Below, piece by piece: positions 23,401 to 36,423 of a stretch of DNA of 64,000 bases; within the stretch, counting starts at the first letter, position 1; every line of letters begins with the position of its first letter. The stretch is taken from contig JARDVH010000167.1 of assembly GCA_030324005.1 (NCBI GenBank), positions 12,455,053-12,519,052 of the forward strand. Direction: 5' to 3'. The translations under genes and the position numbers were made by a program. Under the pieces are notes generated by a model. It was not told the DNA's origin. It saw only the letters and a list, made by a program, of their open reading frames with translations, and ran no database searches. The DNA comes from Negaprion brevirostris (taxonomy: Eukaryota).

Positions 23401-26400
23401 AAATTTTAAAAATGGCCTTGAATATCCTTCTTGGGTGCAATTAAGGATCAAATTTTCCCACTTGAAGTGTTCCAGACCCTTCCATTGGATTCACAACCAT
23501 CTCTTCATATTTTATAATGTTAAGTGAGCAATATGCATTCAACAATGGTATTCAGAGCACGGCCTTCCAATCAGAGGGAATTTTTTTTTAACCAGCATTT
23601 AAGTGCTGAAAGCTGTAAGATTTGGTGCTGCAAAAGGCAATGCAAATTCCTCTCCATTCAAACAGATCAATTTGCAGAAATCTCCCTGTTCTGAATAATA
23701 GGCTTCCAACCTGAACAATCCCAGGTTCACCAATGTTAATACTCTGTTCAAAGTTTCCTCATCTTTTCATTGCAAATGCATCCCAGAAGCCACATGCAAT
23801 ATTTTGCCAGACGTTTTCACTGTCCTCAATTGAATAAATGAAAATACATTACATTCAAAAACATCCTAGTTTGGCAGCACATCTGATGATACCAGCCATT
23901 CTCAACCTGAAGAGTAAGCTTCAGCTTTCCTGGAGATGTCCCTCTCTCCTCCCTTCCCCTGTGCTGGATTACAAGTTGCTAGTTTACAAACCAAGACACT
24001 GAGACAACGCAAAGCAGCATTTGAGTTTCTGTATTTTTCTGTTTCACATCCTACCAATATGAACCCATACCAGCCAACAACAATCAAAACAAGAGGAAGT
24101 TAGTGCCACATGACAGACAATTCAACCATCAAGTCACAGATGACAGCGCACTTAGCAAACTAATACATTGAGTTTTAAGTGAAAGGTGAGGGATAGGTTG
24201 AGGGGTGAAGGATCAGCTTAATTGATCTACCACCAACTCATGCTAGGGACAGANNNNNNNNACAGACCCTTCTGAAGACTACTTCACCTTAAAACTTAGT
24301 TCAACAGACTGCTTAGGAAAACAAGCAGGGCGAGGATAGGGGTGGCTGGTGGAGGGGGAAGACGCGTTTCCTCCCCCCCCCCAATATTTTCTGGTTTCCT
24401 TCGAGCCAGCAGCTCAGTTAAAAGTCAGCACTTGCACCTCCCTCTACCCCAGTACCTGTGCAATGCCAATGAAAGCTTGGCCGACATGAAAGATTGCACA
24501 CCTGTCATTTTAAAAATGCTGCTCACATGGATATGCACAGTTACTCAAAGACCCTTTATGTTTAAAAAAAGGCTGCAGATGGGTTTAGCCAATTTATGAA
24601 ACTACTTCTAAAATGCTAGCTCTAGCTGCAGGAGGGAAAAGGATCACCATCAAAGCAGACAAGCTGAGTTGGCTTGCTAGAATGCTAACACATTGCACAA
24701 CCACAGTCACTATGTAGTGTACTTCATGTCACAAATTGCACGACGAAATGAAGTCTGAACAGAGATACACATAAGGCATTCTGGCTCAGTACTCAGAGCT
24801 ATTTTGTAGGAGAAATGGGTCAAGTCACAGAGTTATGAAAGAAAAACCCAAAAGGAAGACAAACTCATCAGATTTTGGTGCTTTTCTGGAAAAATGAGTC
24901 AGTGTTATTTGAGCTATGGTGACACAAAGATCACTTTTTCAGTCTCCCCATGGATTTGGAAGGGTGATGGACTCTTGGCCAAAATGCCTGGTACAGGCAT
25001 GGGTGGTGGGTGATTTATTGAACATGGAAAAATGGGAGCAGTGGAAACACAGTACCCATCTCTACCCCAAAGACAACTTAGTGCAACTATCCAATGAGAA
25101 CAATACATTGTCACATGTTCTTTCCACGTGCTTCATTTCAAAAGAAACTTCTGTGAGACCCCAGCTGTTCCTTCTACTTGAGCACAATAGCAGACTCAGT
25201 GGAAGAGACAGAGGGGAAAGATAAAGTGCAGCCATTTAAGACTAAATTAAAAAATCTCATTTAAAATAAAGACAGCTTCACACAAGAATCTTTGAAAAGC
25301 ACCAACAGATAATGCAGAACTGGGAGGAGTCTAAAACAGACAGAAGAATACAGCAAAAGCAGCAAAAAATAATTTTGGTCAAAAGCAAGTCGGTGGGGGA
25401 GGAGAGAAAGCCATTGCGATAACCATATTCTACAATAACATTTCTTTCCAGCATCATGTGTCCTGATTACATGGACTTGAAATTTCCTCATTGTTAGTAA
25501 TGAAAAACTGAGATACAACGCCAAAATTTCAACATCTTCCATCTGTCAGAGTAGACTGGATTCACATTTCACTGACTTGTCAGTCGCACTCAGAACTGGA
25601 GTCAGCAAAGTATTTCAGTTGGAGGCTAACTGCAAACAGAGTGCCAGAGACAGATAATTTTGGGGAATGGTGAGACTCACAAATGCAGACAAGCGGTTTG
25701 GAAGCAGAAGAATATTCCTTCCCACCACCTCCCTCATTTGTCTCCCATCAGCTGCCATTTTATCTATCTCCATAGGCTGGTGCACAAAGCACAGTTGGAC
25801 TGATGGAAATCCAATGTTCTCTTCCAAAAGATGCCCGAGTAAAAATCAGCCAATTTTAGGTTCACTGTCCTAGACGCACCTGCTAATAGACAGTTACTCT
25901 TTTTTGTTTTGCTGGTTATCGAAAGGATTGACACAGCTAACAGTCAAGGAGGGAGTGTCCAAAGGTAGGTAGCACCCAATAGTCACAACTCAGCAATGAG
26001 TCATGAGCCAATGGAAGAAGATTCAAAATGGGAAAGCAAATGAATGGAAATTCAGTCTGAGCAACTGAGGAAACTTGGAGTTTTACCGATACATTTTTCA
26101 ACAGGTACCCTGAATTTGCAACACGTAGACATGTGATGGATGAGGAGGGTTATTTTTTGCCATTAAATACAATGTGTGAATAACGCTGAAAAACAAATGT
26201 CACAAGTTTATTCTACCGAAGTTCTAGTATCAGAACGTGATAGGTATAAGGTTATTTTAAATATACAGACATATTTAAATGTTTATTATATACAGGAGTA
26301 CTTCAGCACAGAATCATAGATGGACAGAGAAGGTCAAGGGGAGATTCAACGGTGGTGTTCAAAATTATGTGGGGTTTGGGTGAGGTAAATAGTGAGTAAC

Positions 26401-27795
26401 TGTTTGCATTGGCAGGAAGGAATGGGGGTTGGGGGTTGGCGTCAGGAACAACAGGATACAGATTTAACATACTGGCAAAAGGAAGAGGAAAGTTAAGGAG
26501 AACTCTTTCTGCACAGCAAGTTGTGATAATCAGGACTGAAGGGATGATGAAAGCAGATAATGAGTGACAAAGGGGTAAAGAAACTTGGTTGGCTCTTTCA
26601 GAACCAGCACAGCTATGATGGACTCAATGGCCTCCTTCTGTGCTATATATGATTCTATGATTCTTGGAGTACTTTCACTCAGTAAGAGCATTTCAGTTGT
26701 TCATAAAACACTCCTATGAGTAAAGATGACACTTAAGTTTTTTTTAAAATCATGATTCGTTTCGATCATAATTTTGCTTTTTACATATAAATGTATAAAA
26801 ATAATAAAATCACACATCAACGTAGCCATAATGGTAGTGCTGACAACAGAAAACATGAACTCCAACAAGGCAGAACTCAAATTAGAATGCTCACTTATAC
26901 AGGTGGAGAAAATACAACTGTAAATATCAATAAAAATTACAAGTAAAACGTGGGAAGGATGTTCCACACTTGAATATCAGATGACATCCGATGCCACAAA
27001 GGGCAAAAGCTAGGCTATTTGCACTATCTGAACCTCAAGGATAACACAACACTGCCAGCCACTGTTAGGCTTCATAACTGTATACCGTGCTGGAAATTAA
27101 ACCACTTCATATTCTCCTGTTGAGTGTTGAGGCTCAACAACTGTTGATCTGGCAGTTTACGATTGCTTCTAACATGGATTTTATTTTCCCACTCCTTGTG
27201 CGAGCAGATCGTGGTGGTCCACTGAAAGATTCTTCAAGATTAACAAAGTGCTGTACGCAATCCACTTTCCATCTTAGAGTGGGGACAGGTGAGGTGGGGG
27301 TGGAGGCAAGGGGGTCAGATTTCCCCTTCTGAGCACTCAGTGGAATTCATGTATTGTCCATTAATTTCTCCCTTCCCCCCATCCCAGCACCCTCCCCTGC
27401 CCACAACTATTCATTTTAATTTAAACATAAATCAAACAAACTACATAGCATTATCCTTAGATTTTGGTTTTTAAATGGCCAAGGGCAGGTAATTCTTCCA
27501 ACGTCAATAATCGGGCACAAATACCACTGAACACTAACAATTTAGAGAAAGACAAAAATGAGAGCACTGTTTCCTGTCATTACGATAATTCTTAAAGGAC
27601 AATCGTCACTTTGAGGTGTCCAAAAGTAAAACCAAAAAAAAAATCGAAACAATCTTTTGGTCATCTTTACTTACACCCTTGGAATCTGGGTTTTCCACTC
27701 TGCATGATTTACAATCCCCAGAGCCCTTTATCGCAGAACACTAAACGTTGCCCTGATAAGTACTGCAAGTCCATGATGTTGCCACTTGGAAGCAT
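20445..27795 (-). other. NSD3: Putative long NSD3 3'UTR (about 7.3 kb)
   Basis: Repeat-poor, AU-rich sequence contiguous with the stop codon. AATAAA on minus at 20469-20464 lies just before old repeats resume. Confidence 0.5.
26320..26663 (+). mobile_element. CR1 3' fragment, antisense within the putative NSD3 3'UTR
   Basis: GTGTTCAAAATTATG...AATGGCCTCCTTCTGTGCTATATATGATTCTATGATTCT tail. Confidence 0.75.
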
Positions 27796-28043
27796 TCACT
27801 CAGTGGTTTCTTCACCGGTGTCCTCAGCTGCCGAGTTGTTCTGAAGACTGACGGAGGAGGATGAGTCAAATTCTGTGGGGCAGTTCGGGTCGTGCTCAGA
27901 GCAGCAGAGACGGCCATCCAGCGTGGAGGCAGTCAAGGCTCCCTTCTGGTGCTCCTTGCAGTAGGAGTTTGGGCAGAAGTCGCAAAAGGAGGTGGAGGAT
28001 TTACCGCACTCGTCGCAGTGGTGCCAAGGACATTCCCATTTTC
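27796..28043 (-). CDS. NSD3: NSD3 last coding exon (C5HCH; KWECPWHHCDEC...GRLCCSEHDP...GEETTE*)
   Basis: ctag acceptor, phase 1, TGA at 27798-27796. KGALTASTLDGRLCCSEHDP is NSD3-type. Confidence 0.97.
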
Positions 28044-29665
28044 CTAGAGATTGGGGGGAAAAATATTGATAGGATGAATGAAATGAAAATCACTTCAATT
28101 CACTGCAAGTTTTCTGCATCTTTTGGCCCTCTACTTGTTTCCAACAAATGGTTCATCCCAGCAATCTTCCTCCACACGTTCCAGATACCAGCTGTGTCCA
28201 CTGAAGAACAGACAATTGGGCACAATATTGTTACCAAAGTTTATGCTGCAGTGATAATTTTGTGTTTGTGCAAGTACCTAACACTACAGTTGAGGCTTAT
28301 TTTATCTCTTCCAGCCTGACTCCTGTATTGCAGTGAAGCTGTTCGGTCCCATATCATTAGTCCAAATGATTACATATTGTCACTTGCGTTGGAAGAGAAT
28401 TTTAAATCAAGCGTATAGACACTGTATCAAAACAATTGTTTTTACCCCAGTACATTAGTACACTATGTGAACAGAGCAGAAGCTTAAATGCATTTGAGTT
28501 TTTATGTGTTGCGCATCTCTCTTTTCTCCATGGAGCACACAACTTCTGCAAGCCGATTCGCAATCATCTGAATTGTTTCCTTTCAATTAATACCCAGCCA
28601 ATCTAAAGAGACAACCAGTTTGTGCCTTTCCCTTTTGTGAAGCCACTTCAGTGACCACCAGAAGATGTATAAAGCAGTCCGTGTTCTCTCCAAGCAAGAA
28701 GCTTCGAGTCTCCTCCTGTTCCCCCTCACCACCATACCTCCTGCTTCCCTCAAGTTGCCCTGCTAATATTGAGAAAAATCTATAATAACATTGAATATAA
28801 TAGAATAAATCAATACTAATATTGAGATACTGGATGACAAATCTATTCCAAGACATTTCACAGACTGCACATAATAGAATAGCAAGAAAGCAGTCAAACA
28901 AAGACAGAGTGGGATTTTCTGGCTACGCTCACCTCAAAACTAGAAAATCCACGCGAGGTCAATGGACGATTGCATGGTCTGCCTGCCGCCCCCCCACCAA
29001 CACACACACAACCGCTGATATGATTCCCATGGTGGGCAGGACAGGAAAATATACCCCCTCCCCCCAGGAGTCTTGGACATCTAGATCAAAATGCTGTTCT
29101 GCAATTTACAAACTCAGTCTCTGCTCAAGTTCCCCTTACTAATCACACACAAAACACACAGACTGCAGCTGTCGGAAATAATGGCATACATTACAAGACA
29201 GAATTTTTGGTGGCTTTTCAGGACTTCTGAAAGAGTAAATGCTTCTCTCAGAGGTTACGTTTACAGTAGCACCGTTATGATAACCAGTAAAACATCCGTG
29301 AAAGGATGGAAAATTTTGAGTCAGCTGCCTTTTCTTCGAATCACACCACTAATAGCAATGTGACCTCAGAAGAGTAAATGGTAGTTGAAAATTCCTCACT
29401 CAAAGGGTGATAAAAGGCCTAGAATTTGGTTATAGTGCTTCAGATATTAGGGGTACATTGTTGCTTATCAGGGACACAATAATTGTTGATAATCCCAACC
29501 AAGTGTCTTTAAATTATTTAACATTTTAACATGCCCCAAAATATACTTGGCTAAAACAACAAACGGCAATAGTGCCTCAGAAAATTGGCATTATCTTTTC
29601 CTACAACATTACAATGAAACGTGGATATCGAATCTGTTTTTAAGATGCATGCAATCAGTGCTTAC

Positions 29666-29870
29666 CAAATGGCGGTTTGGTCAAATTTAGGCATGAGAGG
29701 TGATACGCTTTGGGGCAATCCTTCTTATCACACATCACCAACTCTCCTCCATCACAGCAGCGGAAGCAGTAGTCCTCGTGCATTTTTCTGACGTCTATTT
29801 TCGTTTTCCGTTTCTTCATCTTCTTCTTTGCATTTTTTGCCTTTTCTTCATTTGCTGTTGCAGCGGCTGT
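29666..29870 (-). CDS. NSD3: NSD3 exon (~23): PHD5, [15 protein letters not shown]...[38 protein letters not shown]
   Basis: AG/GT boundaries, 205 nt, phase 0/1. Confidence 0.97.
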
Positions 29871-30284
29871 CTAGTAAATCCAAGAAGCAAAATGCAGCAT
29901 TTCAGTTTCATAAAATCCAACCAACTTTTTAAGCAGTGAATCACCACTTAGAAAATTAATGTCTATTTCTCCACTTTCAGCTCCGCTCAGTGAACACTTC
30001 ACATTGGTTTGGCAGAACTGAAGTTTTCTGAGATCAACATTCTAATTTGGAAAAGAGCAAACTCGGGTGGGATTGGAAGAGAACCAACCAAGGTAAAATG
30101 GAACAAAAGATTGACCAGCAAAACTGCAATGAAGCAATGGGTTATCTTTAATGATGATGGTTCAAATGCAAGCTAGATTTATCCAAGAAAGGTCAAAAAG
30201 GAAGAGAACCAATGCCCAAGTCCTTTTGATAACAATGGAGAATTAGGATACGCTGAAACAAAACAAAAATAGTGTGTGAAAATA

Positions 30285-30540
30285 GGTGACACAGTGGTTA
30301 GCACAGGGACCTGGGTTCAATTCCAGACTTGCGTCACTGTTTATGCGGAGTTTGCATATTCTCCCTGTATCTGCGCGAGTTTCCTCTGGGTGCTCCAGTT
30401 TCCTCCCACAGTCCAAGGTGCACGTCAGGTGGATTGGCCATGCTAAATTGTCGGGTGGGGGGGTGGGTGGTGTTAGCAAGGTAAAGAAGCTGGGTGGGAC
30501 TGTTGTCAGTGCAGGCTTGATGGGACAAATAGCCTCCTTC
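30285..30540 (+). mobile_element. HE1 V-SINE
   Basis: GGTGACACAGTGGTTAGCAC...GGATTGGCCATGCTAAATTG...GATGGGACAAATAGCCTCCTTC. Confidence 0.85.
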
Positions 30541-31214
30541 AGTCAGTCACCCAGTTTCATAATCATAGTGTAGTCTTACAATGCGGTGAGAGATCCCAAA
30601 AGAATGAGAGTGTAACTACTTTGCGCATCTTCTCTGTTGGAACATTCCAGAACAGATAGCCAATCGTGAGTCATGTGGCGTGTAGAAGCCATTTTGTGGG
30701 TCAGCAAAAATCCATTTTAAAATAGCAGAAAAGAATCAAGGTTTGATACATACAGTATTGATTACTTTTCATGCCTTCCTGACATCAAAAATCTAAGAGT
30801 CTGATAACTCAGGCTAGGCTTGAAACATGATGAAGGGATTCAAAGGCAAGGAACAGAACGATGGCACAGAACAGCAACCTCCTAACACTAACATTTTCAG
30901 GAAGTGCAGACAACAAATTTAGAAACGAAGGAGAAGCATTAAAATCAAAGACAAAAGTGACCATGGTATAAATCAACAATGGAGTACAATCAAGGCAATA
31001 GCGTGAACATCCATCAAGAAAAACTTAACTGTTGCGATATGCGGCAGCTTCAGATCTTGAGCAACAAAAAAAATGCAATAAGCACACACTTTCAGATATT
31101 TAATGTGCTACAAACACAACTTAAAGCAACAAAAGAAAATGAATAAAATTGAACAGGTCGACTGAATTTATTGCATCTCTTTGGTTAGCTCAGCCTGTGG
31201 TATTTTGAGCCTGT

Positions 31215-31612
31215 GATAGGTGGCACACTAGTTAGCACTGCTGCATTACAGTACCATGGACTCCTGTTCAATTCTGGCCTTGGGTCACAGTNNNNNNNNN
31301 NNNNNNNNNNNNNNNNNNNNNNNNNNNNNNNNNNNNNNNNNNNNNNNNNNNNNNNNNNNNNNNNNNNNNNNNNNNNNNNNNNNNNNNNNNNGCACGTTCT
31401 CCCCTTGTCTGCGTGGGTTTTCTTCAGGTGCTCCGGTTTTCTCCCACACCAAAGACATGCGGATTAGGTTGAATGGCCATGATAATTGCCCCTTGTGTCC
31501 TTGGATTAGCAGGGTATATATGTGGGGTTACAGGGATAGAGGCTGGATGGGATTGTCATTGGTGCAGGCTCAACAGGCTGAATGGCCCTCTTCTACACGA
31601 AAGGGATTCTTT
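31215..31612 (+). mobile_element. HE1 V-SINE spanning a gap
   Basis: Head, V-domain and the tail GGCTGAATGGCCCTCTTCTACAC. Confidence 0.85.
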
Positions 31613-32248
31613 ACTTGCTAGGATTGAGAACAGTACAAAGACAGATGAGGAAACAAAGCAGAAATTGAAGAACACAATGGAATTATCAGCCAATGTCACA
31701 GGTGCCTTCAGAGAAGGCAGCAAGAAAATGTCAAGGAATTTGTTGGACCATAGTTCAGCTCCCCCTAGCTTTGCTTTTCTTGTAATGATTTATGTGATGT
31801 GGGCATCACTGGCTAGGCCAGCATTTATTGCCCATCCCTCACTGCCCTTGAAAAGGTGCTCTGGTGTACTTCAGTTTCCTACACAAGAACAAGGTGTTGT
31901 TAAAACAAGGAAGCTCAAAAGCATAGATACAAAAAGCTCTATCGTAAAGTCTGTCCAAAGTGTTTCACGTGTCAACACATCTCAACAAGCAGGAAATCTC
32001 TTAATTGAAAGAGAGACATCTTTCCTCAATTGTTTAAGCTCCACCTATGATGATGGACTGCCGTTGAAGCATTTGGGAATGTCATCTGGATGTGATAAGC
32101 AAATTCTTTCTTCTTCATTCTGGAGTGATCTGAAAGCAATCTACTCAAAAATACCACATTTCCCATTGTCCATCTTAGCTAATCCCTATATTTATCACTG
32201 AAATAAATCTCATGTTATAATCCCACCCGTTACAAAGATTAAACTCAC

Positions 32249-32355
32249 CTTTGGACGCACACTCAGATACCCACTGCAGTTGGGAGCTCCACACTTGCAC
32301 ACTGTCTTTCCATTGCCCAAACAGTCCAAATTATAATTGAAGGTCAGTTCGGATC
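32249..32355 (-). CDS. NSD3: NSD3 exon (~22): SET end and post-[38 protein letters not shown]
   Basis: AG/GT boundaries, 107 nt, phase 1/0. Confidence 0.97.
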
Positions 32356-32997
32356 CTGAAGGACAAACAAATTGACACAATTTCAAAAGTCATTACCACT
32401 CTGCAGAGGCAATCTCTACAGGAGTTCGAGGACATGAAACAGAAAAGTCAAGCTTGTATTGATAAAGCTTCTTTAATTCAGACATACTGAAGCCCTGACA
32501 TGCAGCCTGCTCTGACAATTCAATGAAAATCTGAAGGAGGCCAAAATAATATTTCAACAGATGAAATCAGTTTGAAACAGCTTTTCGCAATGTACTATTT
32601 AACATGTCGTACAAGACTAAAATCACATCATGGCACGGGAATAACACAGCTAATAACATGAACAATGTAATATCTGCCAGTATTTAAGCATATGATTTCA
32701 CCCAACTCGATTACCACTTGGTACAACATCGCTGGGCACTGATACATGAGGAAACAAATGCAAATAATTGTATTCCTTCCTCTTTTGAAGCAAAGTAATT
32801 TCTGGAGGTTTAATAATAGGAGGGTAAGTAACCTCACCAAGAATGGTGCGAAATTCATATCACTGCATTTATTCACTCATTTCTGATGTGAAAATAAATA
32901 TTCATGAATGGATTTTCAAATCAACTTCATAACTTGTCTCAATAAGGCAAACTAACTGCCTACAATCAGTTCAAATAAAGATCCGTTCCATTCTCAC

Positions 32998-33139
32998 CCG
33001 CTCTTATGTCACAAAGTGCAAACAGTCCAACACGGGTATCACCGTTCACCATCCATTTCTGCGTCTCACAGTTGGGATCACAACTATGGTTCATGAAGCG
33101 GGAATAATTGCCTTTGGGCCCAGCATCAATGATCCGATC
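32998..33139 (-). CDS. NSD3: NSD3 exon (~21): SET core [47 protein letters not shown]
   Basis: AG/GT boundaries, 142 nt, phase 0/1, RFMNHSC motif. Confidence 0.98.
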
Positions 33140-33734
33140 CTACAAAAACACAAATTCAAACTTTTGTCTCACTTCACTCTTGACCTTGAGAATCTTCGTG
33201 ATCCCAGAAACCTTTCCCGTTTACAGCTCACAGAAAAAAACCATCATGGTGAACGTATCCAGTCCACCTGTGAAGGATCACCAAGACATCTGGACCTCTG
33301 AAAATGCAGTCCCACGGTTTACAATGGTTATCTGAAGTCCAAAATGAAAGTAACTCTCGGCTGTTCTTTATTTTCACATGGGTCTTGAATTAACCCTACA
33401 GAATCCTTAATTCAAGGCTTCATTTTGCTTCCTAGCCAAGGGCATGGAGACAAGCACTGAGATACAGGGTACAATGTAAAGTGGTATAAGATGATGCCTG
33501 CAATAAACACAACGCGATTGCTGAAACTAGTGACTGCTCAGAGCTAACGCAATCACACGTAAATTTATACAATCAAATCGCAATATCTACTCAGACGCAC
33601 AGATGGTCCGATTAGAATTCAACTTGAATTCTTTATCACGAAAAGCCAGCTTTCTACCAATATCATCATTTGTTGCCTCTCAAATATATCAGGTAAAGAT
33701 CTGATGAACCAGGAGAGAGATGGACCAGAAGGTG

Positions 33735-34460
33735 ATAAGAAGTTGGAGGAGCAGGCCATTCAGTCCCTCAAGCCTGCTCTACTAATTGACAAGACCATGG
33801 GTGATCAGATTGTGGTCTTAACTCCCACTTTGCTGCCTGCAACCCATAATTCTCGACTCCCATGTGGATCAAAACATTCTCTAACTTGGCCTCGAGTATA
33901 TTCAATGCCCAATCTCCACAGCTCTCTGGGATAGAGGACGCGAGATAATTCAAAAGACCAACAGCCCTCTCAGATATCAGTTTCAAAAGGGAGCCTCATA
34001 CTTTTAAACTGGGTCCAGGAATTCTGGGGAGCATTCTCTCAGCATCTACTATATCGAGACTCTTCAGAATCTTTGATATTTCATCAAGATCACTTCTTCT
34101 ATTCTCTATGCCAACGAATTTGCTTGCAGAACCTTTGCTTGCAACTTGCAGAACCTCTGCTGAACCTTTGCTGTTAAAACAACATACTTCTTCCCACAAT
34201 CAGCCTAAAAACATTAGAACCAGAAAATGCCAGAAAAACTCAATAGGTCTGGCAGAGAGAGAGTAAACGTTTTGAGTGTGTATGACTCTTCTTCAGAGCA
34301 GTGAACCTTTTTTCAACCACTTCCATTGCTAGTATATCCTTCCTTCAGTAAAAGTCCCAAACTGTACACAGTACTGTTGGTGTGGCCTCACTGATGCCCT
34401 GTATCACTGTAACAAGACATGCCTTCTTTTAAACTCCATCCCCCTTGCAATCAAGGCCAA
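33735..34460 (-). mobile_element. Decayed CR1 3' region with a Penelope-derived short repeat inserted at about 34220-34300
   Basis: GGAGCAGGCCATTCAGTCCCTC tail, and SDLDEISKILKSLDIVDAERML. Confidence 0.7.
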
Positions 34461-34699
34461 TATTCTACCACAGATATCACAACATGACAAGGCCAGGGAG
34501 TTGACATACGATTCTGGACACGATTGCCTTCCAGCACTGAAGCAGAAGAGGTTTTCCAATCTTCCAAGCTATTTTGTTACTCGGGACTGTTTTTGACTAT
34601 TCATTGCTAACTCCTTGCCCATCATGATTCATTAAGTCAGAAGGTTGTCCAACAACCGTGCTAGGTTTTTCACCAAGACAATTCAGGACTCAAGAAAAG

Positions 34700-34905
34700 G
34701 TGGACAGAACCCAGTCTGACACTTTAGTGAAGAACTGCAGAGTTCGCCTGTTAGTTCTGGTCAACATTTATCCTTCAACCAGCTTTGCTGAAGAACAGGT
34801 CACCTTGTTGCTATTGGTTTTGCAAATTGGTTGATACATTTCATAATACATCAGCCGCACATCAAAATCTTTTTGATTGGTTACAAAGCACTTTGGGGCC
34901 TAAAA
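34700..34905 (+). mobile_element. Old Deu-domain (SacSINE1-like) SINE remnant
   Basis: TTCTGGTCAACATTTATCCTTCAACC...GCAAATTGG...GATTGGTTACAAAGCACTTTGGG. Confidence 0.55.
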
Positions 34906-35208
34906 TCACTTTGGGTTTCTTTCCCTGGCTTCTTTCACACAATAAATTGGCACAGAGGCTCCCTCTTCACAAAACATTCCCTCCTGGGAAGCACTAGGTT
35001 GCCCTCCACTTGATGCCTCTTGTTGAGGCTAGAATTGGTGACATGGGATCTCAAGAGTGAGAGAGTGCAGATTGCCACCTTTTCACTCAGTGATCCCAGT
35101 GCATGGGAGCCCTAAATGTCAGCCTGATGTTGCAATTCTTGTTTTCCCATTCCAGCCCTCATTAGCACCACAAAAGTAACAGTCGCACCCAATACACTGC
35201 TGCCTTAC

Positions 35209-35325
35209 CTTGGTTAAGGTCAACAAATAGAAATTGGTAACGTTGCTTTCGTGAGCATATTTTATGCGGTTTCTGCATTCTTCTTCATCAATTAACTCAC
35301 CAACATACTCCGTCACAAATTGACC
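35209..35325 (-). CDS. NSD3: NSD3 exon (~20): [42 protein letters not shown]
   Basis: AG/GT boundaries, 117 nt, phase 0/0. Confidence 0.98.
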
Positions 35326-35546
35326 CTGCATGCAAAAATGACAGGTGAGGAAGATGTGATGGTGCTTTGAACACCCCTCCTACCCACACAAGGTATTTGC
35401 TGGAACACCTACATCAAGTTCAGCAACTTTGACTGGAAACACAACTATGTTCAACTATATACATGGATGGCACACAAGGTCTACACTTCTCAAATGACAG
35501 TCATTGTGTGCAAGTCAAAAGGAAGTAAAGCGAGTTAAAAAGTCAC

Positions 35547-35816
35547 CTTTTTAATGTCCACTTTTGTACAGAGGCCCCAGCCACGTGCTTCTGTTCTCAC
35601 CAGCTCTGTCTCAGGGTAGAGTCGCTTGGTGAAGCATTGGTTCTGGCAGCTTTCTCTAGCTGGACAGACCATCGGGTGGCACTCGTACATCAGAATCCGG
35701 TTCAGACATTCTGAGTCCAGTCCACAAGGGTTTTCATCCGTGGGCTTACAGTTGCACCGTGGTATTTCTGACAAGTCAGCTACGTGGATCTGTACTTTTC
35801 CAATTGGCTTGTTCGA
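35547..35816 (-). CDS. NSD3: NSD3 exon (~19): AWS and SET start, SNKPIGKVQ...[13 protein letters not shown]
   Basis: AG/GT boundaries, 270 nt, phase 0/0. Confidence 0.98.
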
Positions 35817-36149
35817 CTGGTGTAGAAAAAAGTGCCGCATTTTATTAGTGCATATGCTTCACGAATTTGTACTTCCCTTGAACTTGAATACTTGCTCAAG
35901 ATCACTTCTAACAGCCAAATTAGCACTGGAAGTGATAAAAAGTATAAGTCAACGAAGTGAGTTAATTCACCCGACAACTGTCAATATGATGATGAAAAAT
36001 GACGACTGAAAGGTATATTTAAAAAATAGTTACTGCAATCAGTTCTGCAAAGCAATAAACCTATGGTGTGACCTTTGGTATGTCCTTGGGGGTCTCACGT
36101 ATCCAGGATTGGAAGGGAAACACTTTGGCAATGCTTATCCTTCAAGAAG

Positions 36150-36423
36150 ACAAGTTTAGTTATTTATTAGTCACATGTAGGCTTACATTTACACTGCAGT
36201 GAAGCTACTGCGCAAATCCCCTAGCCGTCACACTCCGGCACCTGTTTACACTGAGGGAGAATTTAACATGGCCAATGCGCTGAACCAACACATTTTTGGA
36301 CTGTGGGAGGAAACCAGAGCACCCGGAGGAAACCCATGCAGACATGGAGAGAAACTCCCAAGCTGGGAATTGAACCTGGGTCCTTGGCACTCTGAAGCAG
36401 CAATGCTAACCACTGTGCCACCA
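36150..36423 (-). mobile_element. V-SINE, tail type 2
   Basis: TTTATTAGTCACATGTAGGCTTACATT...CTGAGGGAGAATTTA...GCTAACCACTGTGCCACC. Confidence 0.85.

Noticed and set aside
31473-32201. 242-aa plus-strand ORF
   Set aside because: Starts in an HE1 SINE, crosses another repeat tail, is antisense within an NSD3 intron and has no domain signature.
33040-33070. KWMVNGD as a natural mimic of the activating NSD3 T1232A change
   Set aside because: By my count the relevant Thr is the one in NCETQK, which is conserved here; the Met is at a different position.
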